The translations under genes and the position numbers were made by a program. Source: an uncultured Gemmatimonadaceae bacterium (GTDB lineage Bacteria; Gemmatimonadota; Gemmatimonadetes; Gemmatimonadales; Gemmatimonadaceae). Taken from it: a stretch of 64,000 nucleotides of DNA. Below, one piece after another: positions 49,697 through 58,798 of the stretch. The stretch lies in assembly GCA_963781585.1 (NCBI GenBank), contig CAWAGQ010000007.1, positions 386,253-450,252 on the forward strand, given 5' to 3'. How positions within the stretch are numbered: the stretch's first letter is position 1; every line of letters begins with the position of its first letter. The notes under the pieces were generated by a model, which was given only the letters and a program-made list of their open reading frames with translations, ran no database searches and was not told the DNA's origin.

Positions 49697-50469
49697 TCCT
49701 CCTCCCGTGTCGCGTTCCAGGGCTCCTCCGTCCCTGCGAGCGCCCCGCCGTTCAGCCGGGCTGCCACCTCCGGCGAATCCACGGCCGCGTCAAGCGCGAC
49801 GCGACCGTCCTCCAGCACCACCACCCGGTTCACCAGCCGCCGAACTTCCTCCAGCCGGTGTGAGCTGAGCAGCAGCGTCGCCCCGACGGAGCGCTCACGG
49901 AACTGACGGAAGAAGGCCTGCCGCGTACGCGCGTCGAGGCTCGCGGTGGGCTCGTCCATGATCAGCAACGCGGCCGGCGCGGCCAGCGCCAGTGTGATGA
50001 GCAGCTTCTGTTTCGTGCCGCCGGACAGCGCCCGCACCGGACGTCGCGCGATCTCGTCGAGCTCCAGCGCCATCCCGCTGGCGACGCGGCGGATCTCCGC
50101 CGGCTCCAGTCCGCGAATCTCGGCGACCGCCCGCACCACCTCGCCAACGCTCGCGCCGAGTTGTGGCGCCGCCTGCGGCACATAGGCCATGCCTGACGCC
50201 AACCGCGCCCGATGCGCAAACGCGTCCTCGCCGTCCAGCAGCACCAGGCCGTCGCAGCGCAGCATGCCCATCACCGCCCGCACAAGAGTGGACTTGCCCG
50301 ATCCGTTCGGCCCGACCAGCGCGACCTTTGCGCCGGATGGCACCTCCAGTGTCAGGTGATCCAACGCGGTCACGCTGCCGAAACGCTTGCTCACGTCTCT
50401 CAGTTCGATCTTCACGGCGATGCCGCCACTCGGCTCGGTTCGTAACCCAGGTGCCCGGTCATCCCGCAC
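49687..50469 (-). CDS. nosF: NosF-like ABC ATPase
   Basis: Walker A GPNGSGKST, signature LSGGTKQK and Walker B LLIMDEPT. It overlaps the nosD end by 11 nt. Confidence 0.85.
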   Translation of the reverse strand: MRDDRAPGLRTEPSGGIAVKIELRDVSKRFGSVTALDHLTLEVPSGAKVALVGPNGSGKSTLVRAVMGMLRCDGLVLLDGEDAFAHRARLASGMAYVPQAAPQLGASVGEVVRAVAEIRGLEPAEIRRVASGMALELDEIARRPVRALSGGTKQKLLITLALAAPAALLIMDEPTASLDARTRQAFFRQFRERSVGATLLLSSHRLEEVRRLVNRVVVLEDGRVALDAAVDSPEVAARLNGGALAGTEEPWNATREEECV

Positions 50470-51823
50470 CGGCCGGCCGCGTCATGCGCGGGTGCGGATC
50501 CGCCATGAGGGTCTCTGGCTGCAGAACCGGCAGCACTTGAGCGGCGACGTCCACCAGCGCCAGCGCCATGGTGCCACGGAAGAACGCCAGGGCCGGATGT
50601 TCCGATACCAGCCGCTCCGACAGGCTTCGCAGCTCGTAGGCGACATCCCCGAAGCCGTCGCCGTCGAGGTCGTAACCTCGGTAGTCGTCGAAGTAGTTTC
50701 CCGCCCACGAGACCCCTCGCGCGTTGCCACGTCCCTCTACCACCACCTGACTCTGATTTCCCTGGAATGCATTGGCGGCGAATGTGTTGTGCGTCTCACT
50801 GCTGTGGAACGTCACCGCCGCGTTGCAGAGCGCGAAGGTGTTCAACCGCACCAGCATGGAGTCGCCCTCCCGAAATGGCGACGTGTCCAGATAGACGCAC
50901 TGGTTGTCGCGCACGAAGCGGTTCCGCTCCACGGTGATGTTGCCCGACTCCTTCACGCCCAGCCCCATGCCATCGGCCACGGTATTGTCGGTAATCACGT
51001 TGCCCCGCAGCACGATGTCGCGGGAATACATGATGAATACTCCCACGATATTGCCGCTGTAGTGGTTGTCTTCCACCACGCAGTCGCTCGAATACATGAA
51101 GTGCGTGGCATATCGGCTGCGCACCACCGTATTCCCCGCGATGCGATTGCCCGGCGAATACCAGATGACGATGTCGCGGGAGTCCTCGAGCCGGTTGCCC
51201 AGTACGGCGGAACCGCGTACTTCCCAGAACCGGATGCCGTCGCCCCGAATGCCGACCGCCAGGTCCGGGTCGCCCACCACGTGGTTCTCCGCGAACGTAA
51301 CGCCTCGCGACTGCTCGGCCACCAGGCCGAAGAGCGCGTGCTGGATCGTCAGGCCGCGAACCTCGACGCTGTCGCCCCTCACGTACACGGCCGCGTCCAT
51401 CTTGTCGTAGCGCTTCCCGCTGCCATCAACGGTAAAGCCGCGGAGCACGGCGTGGCTGGCCAGCACGCGCACCGTCGTGCCCTGTCCATCGGAGCGGATC
51501 ACCGCCGACCCCGGCCCCAGCAGGGTCAGCGGCGAGTGGATCACCAGAGGCCCGTCGTGATCCCCCGGCAAGAGGCACAGCACCGCGCCCGCTGGGAGCG
51601 CGTCGAGCAGTGGCTGCAGCGCAACGCCCGCCGGCGCCGTGCGCGCCGTTGCAGGACATGCCGGCACGCTGTCCGTGGATGCACCGCGTGCCGCGGGCGC
51701 CGCCGCGGGTAGTGCAGGTTGGCGCAACACCGAAGCCGTCGCGGCCCCGACGATCAGCGTCAGGCCCGCACTCAGCCCCAGCGGTCTCGGGCCGATCCGG
51801 CGCCTGGCCGCCCATCGAGCCAT
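50459..51823 (-). CDS. nosD: NosD-like periplasmic beta-helix copper-assembly protein
   Basis: ATG at 51823 (MARWAARRRIG.., signal-like). The upstream part of track ORF 50459..52462 overlaps nosZ and was discarded. Repeated beta-helix turns (..GNRLEDSRDIVIWYS.GN.I.GN.V..) are present, and the gene sits just after nosZ. Confidence 0.85.
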   Translation of the reverse strand: MARWAARRRIGPRPLGLSAGLTLIVGAATASVLRQPALPAAAPAARGASTDSVPACPATARTAPAGVALQPLLDALPAGAVLCLLPGDHDGPLVIHSPLTLLGPGSAVIRSDGQGTTVRVLASHAVLRGFTVDGSGKRYDKMDAAVYVRGDSVEVRGLTIQHALFGLVAEQSRGVTFAENHVVGDPDLAVGIRGDGIRFWEVRGSAVLGNRLEDSRDIVIWYSPGNRIAGNTVVRSRYATHFMYSSDCVVEDNHYSGNIVGVFIMYSRDIVLRGNVITDNTVADGMGLGVKESGNITVERNRFVRDNQCVYLDTSPFREGDSMLVRLNTFALCNAAVTFHSSETHNTFAANAFQGNQSQVVVEGRGNARGVSWAGNYFDDYRGYDLDGDGFGDVAYELRSLSERLVSEHPALAFFRGTMALALVDVAAQVLPVLQPETLMADPHPRMTRPAGAG

Positions 51824-51906
51824 GTCTCGACCTCGCGTCGCGTTGGGAGCGCCTTGGGCCCGGGGCGACGTATCGACGACGCCCCGGGCTCCACGGCTAC
51901 CGGCCG

Positions 51907-53874
51907 TCACCGCGCCGGCTTCACCAGCATGTAGCCCATCATCTCCAGATGCAACGCCGAGCAGAACTCCGTGCAGTAGTACGGGAACACGCCACTCCGG
52001 TCCACCACGATGGTGAAGTTCGCCGTCTTGCCCGGCTCGACGCTCAGATTCACGTCGTACTCTCCCAGGCCGAAACCGTGGGTCGCGTCCGGCGTCTGCT
52101 CCAGGTTCGTAATGTGGAAGTGCACGGTATCCCCTTGCTCGACTTCCACCAGGTCCGGCTTCATGTGGCTGCGCACCTCGGTCATGAAGACGCTCACGAC
52201 CTTGCCATGCCGCTCGATGCGCGCGTTCGCTTCTGATGTGACGGCGTTGGGATCGGCCTGGTGCGACACGGCGTTCTCGCCCACCGGCGTGTACATCTGC
52301 ACCGGCTGCAGCTTGTCCGCGCTGATGATCTGTGCATAGTGCGGCTCGCCGAGTCCAATAGGCATGTCGTACAGGAGCTGCATCTCGGGAGTAGACGTGT
52401 CGATGAGCTGCAGGTTCTGTGGCAGCAACGGGCCGACGTTGTTGAACCGGTCGATGGACCACTTGTCCAGCGCCAGCACGTAGTGCCCCTTCGGATGCTC
52501 CGTGTCACCCTCGGGGGTGGCCAGGTGACCGATGTTATAGTGCACGGAGATCTTCCCGAGCAGCTTCATGTCCTTCAGCGACCACTTGGCGATCTTCGAC
52601 TCGATGAACAACGACGTGTAGCCGTTGCCCTGGTCGTCCCACTGTGTGTGCAGCGGGCCCAGGCCCACTTCGACCTGCCCGTGGAGCGCTGTCCGGAACC
52701 CGATGATCGGCACGCCGTACGGATCGTTGCCCTCAAAATTCCTGGCGTCGATGGCCTGCTTGATCTGTTCGAAGTCGTAGACGGTCTCGTGGGTGTCGAG
52801 CTTGCCCGACACCGCCAGGTACCTGCCGTCGGGGGTGACGTCCACACCATGCGGGCTTTTGGGCTCAGGAACGAAGAACAGCAGTCCCTCGGATATGGAT
52901 GTGCTGAGCGGGATGACTCGCACGCCCTGGATCGTGCGTGTTCCGCCGGCCTGCTGCGCCACCTCCGCCGCACGGCGCCAGTTGATGACGTGCAGGTAGT
53001 CCATGTCGTTCTGCGACGCACCGGACTCCAGTGGCGGCCGTCCCTCCATGGTCCCACCGTGCGCCCGCTCCGTGTCGAACGAGTTGATGAAGGCCCAACC
53101 GTCGCTCACCAGCTTGCCCGCGTCCGACAGGTCCTGCATGTATGGTGGCAGCTCCATGGCGAAGGACTGCGACGGGTCGATCCTGCCCCGCGCCCGGTCG
53201 AACTTCCAGAACATGACCGCGCCCCGATAAGCGTCATTGTAGTCGGAGATCGACGCATAGCTGCCGTTCAGCGGGATGGGGTACTGGCCCCCCTCGATGA
53301 TGTAGTCCGTGTTGGGGGTGACGAACGTGCCACCGTGATCCGTGCCCAGGAGAGGTGAGTGAACGATCTGCGTGGTCACGAAGTCCTTCAGGCTGATCAC
53401 GGCCACGCGGGCGTTCGCCTTGTCGTTGATGAACAGGAACTGGCCGTCGTAGTCGCCGTTGGTCTCGCTCAGCGCCGGGTGGTGACTGTCGCCCCACGTC
53501 AGGGTCCTCCCCTTCGGGGAACTCGACACCATCAGCTCCTGGCTCTGCTCGTCGAATCCGTACCCCTGCCAGGGCTCCGGTGTGAAGACGCCGATGTACT
53601 TCAGGATTCGCATGGACGGCACACCGACCACCACCACCTGACCGCTGTGCCCGCCTGACGCGAACATGATGAACGGGTCCGTCCGACCCGTGGGCGTGTA
53701 CGTCTTCAACGCCGCCACCACATCCGCCTCGGTCAGGTTGCGCGCTCTCATCAGCGTTTGCACCGATTCGGCGCCCGGAGCGCGTGGTCCACCACACGCC
53801 CACAGAGCCGCCACCGTTGCCAGGACCGCCGTGCGCGCCAGCCCCGGCCTCTTCGCTGATCTCGTCCTATCCAT
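51907..53874 (-). CDS. nosZ: Nitrous oxide reductase NosZ, Sec/lipoprotein-type signal (clade II-like)
   Basis: 655 aa. The C-terminal CuA motif is YCTEFCSALHLEMMGYMLV. It has a beta-propeller body with conserved His residues. The N-terminus MDRTRSAKRPGLARTAVLATVAALWACGG lacks a twin-arginine motif. Confidence 0.95.
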   Translation of the reverse strand: MDRTRSAKRPGLARTAVLATVAALWACGGPRAPGAESVQTLMRARNLTEADVVAALKTYTPTGRTDPFIMFASGGHSGQVVVVGVPSMRILKYIGVFTPEPWQGYGFDEQSQELMVSSSPKGRTLTWGDSHHPALSETNGDYDGQFLFINDKANARVAVISLKDFVTTQIVHSPLLGTDHGGTFVTPNTDYIIEGGQYPIPLNGSYASISDYNDAYRGAVMFWKFDRARGRIDPSQSFAMELPPYMQDLSDAGKLVSDGWAFINSFDTERAHGGTMEGRPPLESGASQNDMDYLHVINWRRAAEVAQQAGGTRTIQGVRVIPLSTSISEGLLFFVPEPKSPHGVDVTPDGRYLAVSGKLDTHETVYDFEQIKQAIDARNFEGNDPYGVPIIGFRTALHGQVEVGLGPLHTQWDDQGNGYTSLFIESKIAKWSLKDMKLLGKISVHYNIGHLATPEGDTEHPKGHYVLALDKWSIDRFNNVGPLLPQNLQLIDTSTPEMQLLYDMPIGLGEPHYAQIISADKLQPVQMYTPVGENAVSHQADPNAVTSEANARIERHGKVVSVFMTEVRSHMKPDLVEVEQGDTVHFHITNLEQTPDATHGFGLGEYDVNLSVEPGKTANFTIVVDRSGVFPYYCTEFCSALHLEMMGYMLVKPAR

Positions 53875-53994
53875 TCCTGCCTCCCGCTCTCGCCCTGGTC
53901 TATGTGGACGCCGCGCCGGGGCAATCGCCTGGTCCCCGGGCCTCCTGCGCGCTCTCCGCGGCCGCGGGCCATACCGCCGCGGCGTGCGACGGCG

Positions 53995-54447
53995 CTATTT
54001 CTCTTTCCCGAAATTCCGCACGATTTCTCTGAGTGCACCGATTACGGCCGGCTTGCTGCCCAGGTCCGGATTTGCCACCATGGCCGGGCTTCGACCCACG
54101 GCCGCACCCCCATACAGGATTGCCGTCTCGATCTCCTTGTCCGTCACGCTGTCCTGCCACGCGGGGTTGTGGTAGTTGCGCGGCTTCGGATCCAGCGCCA
54201 CCCCGCCGGGTCCATCGCCGCGGCCCTCGGGACCATGACAGACGCTGCAGCGGGTGGCGAAGATCTGTTTGGCTTCCTGACGCGCCGCATCCGTGATCTG
54301 GACGTCACCACTTCCTGTCGATTCCGCGCCCGCCGTTGTGGCCGCGCTGTCGCCGCTCGCCGCTTCCTTCGAGCCGCCGCAGGCCGCCAGCACACCTGCC
54401 ACGAACAACAGGGTGACCATCGTCAGCACCCGATCCGCTGCAGTCAT
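53995..54447 (-). CDS. Monoheme c-type cytochrome lipoprotein (likely NosZ electron donor)
   Basis: Lipobox VLAAC. It has a single CSVCH heme motif with downstream Met (SPAMV). It is the first gene of the nos operon. Confidence 0.85.
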   Translation of the reverse strand: MTAADRVLTMVTLLFVAGVLAACGGSKEAASGDSAATTAGAESTGSGDVQITDAARQEAKQIFATRCSVCHGPEGRGDGPGGVALDPKPRNYHNPAWQDSVTDKEIETAILYGGAAVGRSPAMVANPDLGSKPAVIGALREIVRNFGKEK

Positions 54448-54603
54448 CTCCGTTCCCTCCGGTCTGGGTCACTCGGCCATCAACTGCGGCGGCAGGGGCA
54501 ACGTGCCTCTCGCCGGAACCATCGGCTGCAGGATTCTCCTTGAATTCAGCGAAGTATTTCATCCGGCTCTCCCTACCGGTTCATAGGGATTCTCCTGACA
54601 GCG

Positions 54604-54840
54604 GTGAAAACGCGTGCAGCCGCCGCGGCCTTCCCCGACGCGGCGGTGTTTCGCATCGAGGCGATGACGGATGGCGTGGCGCAGTCTGCCGCCGAACGCC
54701 GCTTTCAGTTGCTCGTGCCGGGAGCGTTCGGCGTCATCGCGCTCGTGCTCACGAGCGCCGCCACCACGGTGGCCGCGACCCGAGCGATGCGGATCAATCC
54801 GGTGGATGCGATGCGGGTGCAGGGGGCGGAGCCGGCGGGG
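54604..54840 (+). pseudogene. Remnant of the 3' end of an ADOP/FtsX permease gene with internal deletion
   Basis: ..VFRIEAMTDGVAQSAAERRFQLLVPGAFGVIALVLTSA.. aligns with ..VTDVRTMDRVLATEADPPRFIMLVLGMFALLALVLAAVG of the intact permease at 45510-47945. The sequence then jumps to a terminal ..ATRAMRINPVDAMRVQ (compare ..GRRAAGAEPAGALRVE). About 95 codons are missing. Confidence 0.45.
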
Positions 54841-54920
54841 TCAGGTTGGCGGGTCCTGGCCCGAAACTGCGTTCAATGGCGGAGAATCGACCGAGCCCGA
54901 GCCAACACAGGAGGTCCTCC

Positions 54921-55439
54921 ATGAATCGGAAATTCTCCTCCCTGCTGGGTAGTGCGCTGATCCCCGGCTTTCTTATCAGCGTCCCGCCTGGCGCTCCGCA
55001 TCGTGCCACGCCCGATATGCAGACAAGGGCTGCTGTGGATCGACCTTCGCCTGCCGCCGCGGAGGCGGTTCGGGTCACCATGACCGGCGAGGACTCGAAC
55101 TTCGGCTGCAAGATCAGCGTGTCGGCCACCAACAAGGGCAGCCTGAGGGCCGCGATATCGCGCGACAGCCAGGTCAGGTCGTATGCGGGCTCGCTCGCCG
55201 GACCCTGGAAGAAGCTGGATCAATCGGTGTGGATCAATCCGGGTCAGACGGCGCATTGGGTCTATGATCTGACCTTCGGATGCAATGCTCACCGACAGTA
55301 CCGGTTCGTTGTCAAGCAATTCGACGCGAACACCAACCTGACCGGTACGGTCACGTTCTACTATCCAGACAAAGATCAAGGCGGCATCGCGACGCTCGCG
55401 GAGTCCTTCAGTCTCGGTGATCTGAACCGCTTCTTCTGA
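54921..55439 (+). CDS. Secreted protein of unknown function, paralog A
   Basis: AGGAGG lies upstream of the ATG. It has a signal-like N-terminus and 172 aa, with the conserved block AISRDSQVRSYAGSLAGPWKKLDQSVWINPGQTAHWVYDLTFGCN..YRFVVKQFD and the C-terminus SFSLGDLNRFF. Confidence 0.7.
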   Translation: MNRKFSSLLGSALIPGFLISVPPGAPHRATPDMQTRAAVDRPSPAAAEAVRVTMTGEDSNFGCKISVSATNKGSLRAAISRDSQVRSYAGSLAGPWKKLDQSVWINPGQTAHWVYDLTFGCNAHRQYRFVVKQFDANTNLTGTVTFYYPDKDQGGIATLAESFSLGDLNRFF

Positions 55440-55602
55440 TCCGGAATCCACGGCGGCCGCGACTCCAGCGATGCGTCAATCCGCTCCATGCGGAGTGGAG
55501 GTGTGGAGCGGACACGCTGAGCGCCACGCTGGCGGCTCTCGCCGCGCAGCTGCGCTGTAGTGCGAGAACCGACCAAACCCGTCCCAACCGAAGAGGTCCA
55601 TC

Positions 55603-56115
55603 ATGCACCGGGCAATCCTCTTGCTGTTAGGCAGCGCGTTCATCCCGGGCGTTCTCATCAGCGCCCCGCTTGGCGCGCCGCATCCCGTGAATGCCGGCTC
55701 GCGGTCCACCGCGGGCGTGGATCGGCTTGCGCTCCCCACGGCGGAGGGGCTTCGGGTTACCATGACCACCGAGGATGCGAACCCGGGTTGCACGGTCAAC
55801 GTCTCGGCCGTCAACCACGGCGACCAGCGGACCGCGATATCACGCGACAGCGAGGTCAGGTCGTATGTGGGCGTTTTCGCAGGTCCCTGGAAGAAGCTGG
55901 GTCAATCGGTGTGGATCAATCCCGGTCAGACGGCCCGCTGGCACTACGATCTGACCTTCGGATGCAATGACCCGCGAGAGTACCGTTTTGTTGTCAAGAA
56001 GTTCGACTCGAAGGATACGGTACTCGGTGAGCACACCTATCGTTACCCCGCCAATCCGCAACAGGCGACCGTGAGCGTTTCGTTCAGCCTCGGTGATCTG
56101 AACCGTTTCTTCTGA
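55603..56115 (+). CDS. Secreted protein of unknown function, paralog B
   Basis: 170 aa. It shares the same conserved block and an identical C-terminal SFSLGDLNRFF, with two conserved Cys residues. Confidence 0.7.
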   Translation: MHRAILLLLGSAFIPGVLISAPLGAPHPVNAGSRSTAGVDRLALPTAEGLRVTMTTEDANPGCTVNVSAVNHGDQRTAISRDSEVRSYVGVFAGPWKKLGQSVWINPGQTARWHYDLTFGCNDPREYRFVVKKFDSKDTVLGEHTYRYPANPQQATVSVSFSLGDLNRFF

Positions 56116-56211
56116 TCTGGCATGCGATGGGGCCGGAATGGGGTTGTGGTACGCCCCGCCGATGAGCAACGCCGCGGGGAGATACGCCACGAGTTGGCCT
56201 CGGCGTTCGGG

Positions 56212-56733
56212 TCATTCACGCACTCCCGAATTGCCGGTGGGTGCCCCGGGCGGTGGCCCGATCATCTCGTACCCATACTCGGCGCCGAGGGCCCGGATTT
56301 GCTGCGGATCCGGGGGACCGAGGGCAAAGAGCGCCGATGCCCGCGCATAGAACTCCTCGAAGCCGCTCGGTGTGTTCAGAACGATGTGGCGACTTGGACC
56401 GGCACCTGTATTCCGGAAAGTGTGGGCGACTCCGCGGGGCAGGTACACCACGGTGCCGGGTGTCGTCGCGACCCAGCGCCCCTCGAGCAGAAAACTGATC
56501 TCCCCTTCGAGCACCACGAATAGTTCGTCGTCCCGCCGGTGGACGTGTGGCGGGGGACCCGCACCGGGAGGCGTCTTGGCGACGGCGAGACAGAGGCGTC
56601 CCCCAGTCTCTGCGCCTCCCAACTTGAACAGCCCCGCGCTTCCGAATGCCGCGACGGCGTGGCCACCATCGGGCGGGACGATCAGGGCGGCGGGTGCATC
56701 TGGCTCGGGTGTCATCGGCGGTACTCCGTTCAA
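56212..56733 (-). CDS. Cupin domain protein
   Basis: The cupin motifs are ..PPHVHRRDDELFVVLEGE.. and ..GTVVYLPRGVAHTFRN.. An alternative start is the Met at 56715. Confidence 0.8.
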   Translation of the reverse strand: MNGVPPMTPEPDAPAALIVPPDGGHAVAAFGSAGLFKLGGAETGGRLCLAVAKTPPGAGPPPHVHRRDDELFVVLEGEISFLLEGRWVATTPGTVVYLPRGVAHTFRNTGAGPSRHIVLNTPSGFEEFYARASALFALGPPDPQQIRALGAEYGYEMIGPPPGAPTGNSGVRE

Positions 56734-56828
56734 TGGGGAACGCGTACGTGGCCATCAGGACGGCCGCGGCCTAACAAGTCGTGGCCCTGAGCTGCGGGCC
56801 GAGGCAGGCGTGAGTTGGCACAGGCGGC

Positions 56829-57040
56829 TCACCGGCAGGCTGGCGCAACCCAGGTTCGGAACGCTCGCTCGAATGCCTCGAGTGATGCGCCGGTCAGCTC
56901 CTCGAAAGTCCGGCGGTTCTTCTCCACCGGCACCCCTTCGACGCCAGATTCCAGCCGGCGATAGACGTCTCGGCACCGAGCCGCTCGGAGACGTATGTCG
57001 CGAGGCCCTCGTCGAGCCAGGAAGGTGGACCGCTGAGGCG
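56829..57040 (-). pseudogene. C-terminal remnant of a gluzincin (M1/peptidase-MA-like) gene, frameshifted and missing the HExxH region
   Basis: Directly after the amidohydrolase stop, the same frame reads ..PPSWLDEGLATYVSERLGAETSIAGWNLAS.. (the W-L-x-E-G-x-A-x-Y third-ligand motif). A second frame then continues VPVEKNRRTFEELTGASLEAFERAFRTWVAPACR*. Confidence 0.4.
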
Positions 57041-57046
57041 CGCGCA

Positions 57047-58366
57047 TCATGATCGCGGCGTCCACCCGTACACCCGCAGCGCATTGCCGCGGAGCACCAT
57101 GCGCGCAATGGCCAGTGCCCGCGCCCGCGTGATCTCGCCGTCGTTCATCATCCCGGTGAGCGCGATCGCCAGGGCCTCGCGCGCCGACGTCGTCGTTTGC
57201 CAGCCGATTTCCTCCCACTCGATCGGCGGCGTCCCCGGCGAGAGATCCGTACCGAACAGCACCTTCTCGGGATACCACTCCAGCCAGTAGCGTATCACTT
57301 TCGCCAACTCCTGCGTCGGCAGGAGCCACGTCTGCTCGGAAAAATCCGTATAGACGTTCGGCTTCATGAGCAGCGGCGCGATCGACTGCGCGAACGGGCC
57401 GGCGCCACCGTGCAGCAGTACGAAGGTCGTGCCGCGCAGCGACGCGTCGTTCAGCACCTCCTCGAGCAGCAACGGATTCGCTCCCGAAAGCTCGAAGTAG
57501 CCGCCGCACCCGTAGCCGGTATGAATGTGCACGGGGAGGCCGAGCCGGCCCGCCTCGGCCGCTACGTAATGGAAGAGGAAGTCCTGCAGCGCAGTGTACT
57601 CCTCGTCGCCCGGTGCGCCGCCGTTGACGTAGCGCGAGTAGGCCCGCTCGGCTGCGGCGCGATCGCCCCGCGTGAAGTCGAGAGGCCGCAGGTACGCCGC
57701 CTCGAACTTCACGGCTACGGCGCCACTTTGCTTCTCGCGTTCCAGCAGGGCTGTCACGACCTGCGTGAGGTAGCCGTCGAGCGTCGCCGGAAGGCGACTC
57801 AGGCCGAGCTCCTTCAGGTAACGCTGCAACAGCGCGTCCTCGCGCGCGAAGAAAATCTTCCGGTCGGGTGTGCGCGCCGCGACGCGGCTGTTGTCCAGCG
57901 GAAAGAGCAACGCATCGTCGAACGGCACCCACCGAAACCGGGGAGCATCGAGGCCCCGTCCGATCGCCACGCGGTTGGCCAGTTCGGTCTCGATCCCCAG
58001 TCGATCGAGCACCCACGCCGGGTAGTTATCCCCCTGGGCGGCCTTCACACGCGCCTTGGCCGCGAGCAACTCACGCACGTGCGTCGAATCGGTGTCGTTG
58101 TACCGGTACCCGAACATCGCCTTCCACGCGGCGAGAAATTGCGGATTCTGCGGACGACTGGTGAGCGTGGGATCGGTGGGCTCCAGGGGATCGCAGGGCA
58201 GGGCGTCGAAGTCGTCGTCCTTCTCGCCTGGCGCCGTGAGCGCCGGGGGATGCGAGTGGTTGTCGATCGCTCTGATGCCGCGGATAGCGGCGAGCAGCGC
58301 CGAATCGGGGCGCTGCCCGAGCGCGACCTGCGACACGATGAGCAGAAGCGCGGCTGCGGTTTTCAT
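57047..58366 (-). CDS. Amidohydrolase-family protein, secreted
   Basis: ATG at 58366 with AAGGAG upstream. Signal peptide MKTAAALLLIVSQVALGQ. It has an early IDNHSHP metal-binding motif and later ..VHIHTGYG.. and ..FVLLHGG.. Confidence 0.8.
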   Translation of the reverse strand: MKTAAALLLIVSQVALGQRPDSALLAAIRGIRAIDNHSHPPALTAPGEKDDDFDALPCDPLEPTDPTLTSRPQNPQFLAAWKAMFGYRYNDTDSTHVRELLAAKARVKAAQGDNYPAWVLDRLGIETELANRVAIGRGLDAPRFRWVPFDDALLFPLDNSRVAARTPDRKIFFAREDALLQRYLKELGLSRLPATLDGYLTQVVTALLEREKQSGAVAVKFEAAYLRPLDFTRGDRAAAERAYSRYVNGGAPGDEEYTALQDFLFHYVAAEAGRLGLPVHIHTGYGCGGYFELSGANPLLLEEVLNDASLRGTTFVLLHGGAGPFAQSIAPLLMKPNVYTDFSEQTWLLPTQELAKVIRYWLEWYPEKVLFGTDLSPGTPPIEWEEIGWQTTTSAREALAIALTGMMNDGEITRARALAIARMVLRGNALRVYGWTPRS

Positions 58367-58563
58367 TCTCCTTGAATGCGGCGTGATGCCATCGATGTCA
58401 ATGAATCCGGGTCCTGGCGCGGGATCACCGGCAGGACCACGTGCGACGGATGCGCGGCGTCGTGCACCAGCCGCTGATGCGCCACCACGAACGTACGGTC
58501 GCGCTCGTCGTTCCCTCCGGTGTTCAGGTTGCGATCGTACTTGGGGAGGAACGCCGACGACAT
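58363..58563 (-). CDS. Small ORF translationally coupled (ATGA) to the amidohydrolase; possibly a remnant
   Basis: 66 aa. Third-codon positions are strongly G/C-biased over most of the ORF, which fits genuine coding in this genome. Its stop overlaps the amidohydrolase ATG. No family was recognised. Confidence 0.35.
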   Translation of the reverse strand: MSSAFLPKYDRNLNTGGNDERDRTFVVAHQRLVHDAAHPSHVVLPVIPRQDPDSLTSMASRRIQGE

Positions 58564-58798
58564 CGTGACCCGGATCCGATGCCCCTACCGGGACTGTGCC
58601 CGCTGGACTGCGCTCGGACCGATCTCCCGTTCCTCCAATCCCCGACAGCGGGTAAGGAATCCCTATGGACACGGAGACCAGCATCGGCGATTTTGCGGCT
58701 TTGGCCGGCTAAATTGCCGCCGACGCGACGTACCGGCCAACTCACTGGCGAGGTGATCAATCAACGTGATGCGCATCGGCGAGATCGGGGGCTGATCG

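Larger units (their letters stand above)
54786..56115 (+). repeat. Tandem duplication (unit about 682 bp) containing a small secreted-protein gene plus about 135 bp of upstream sequence
   Basis: The start codons are 682 bp apart (54921 and 55603). The upstream segments are similar (GAGAATCGACCGAGCCCGAGCCAACACAGGAGGTCCTCCATG versus GAGAACCGACCAAACCCGTCCCAACCGAAGAGGTCCATCATG; AGCGATGCGGATCAATCCG versus AGCGATGCGTCAATCCG). Confidence 0.65.

Noticed and set aside
54541-54548. TGAATTCA, considered as an FNR/CRP-type box upstream of the nos operon.
   Set aside because: It does not fit TTGAT-N4-ATCAA. It is kept only as a note within the nos finding, not as a feature.
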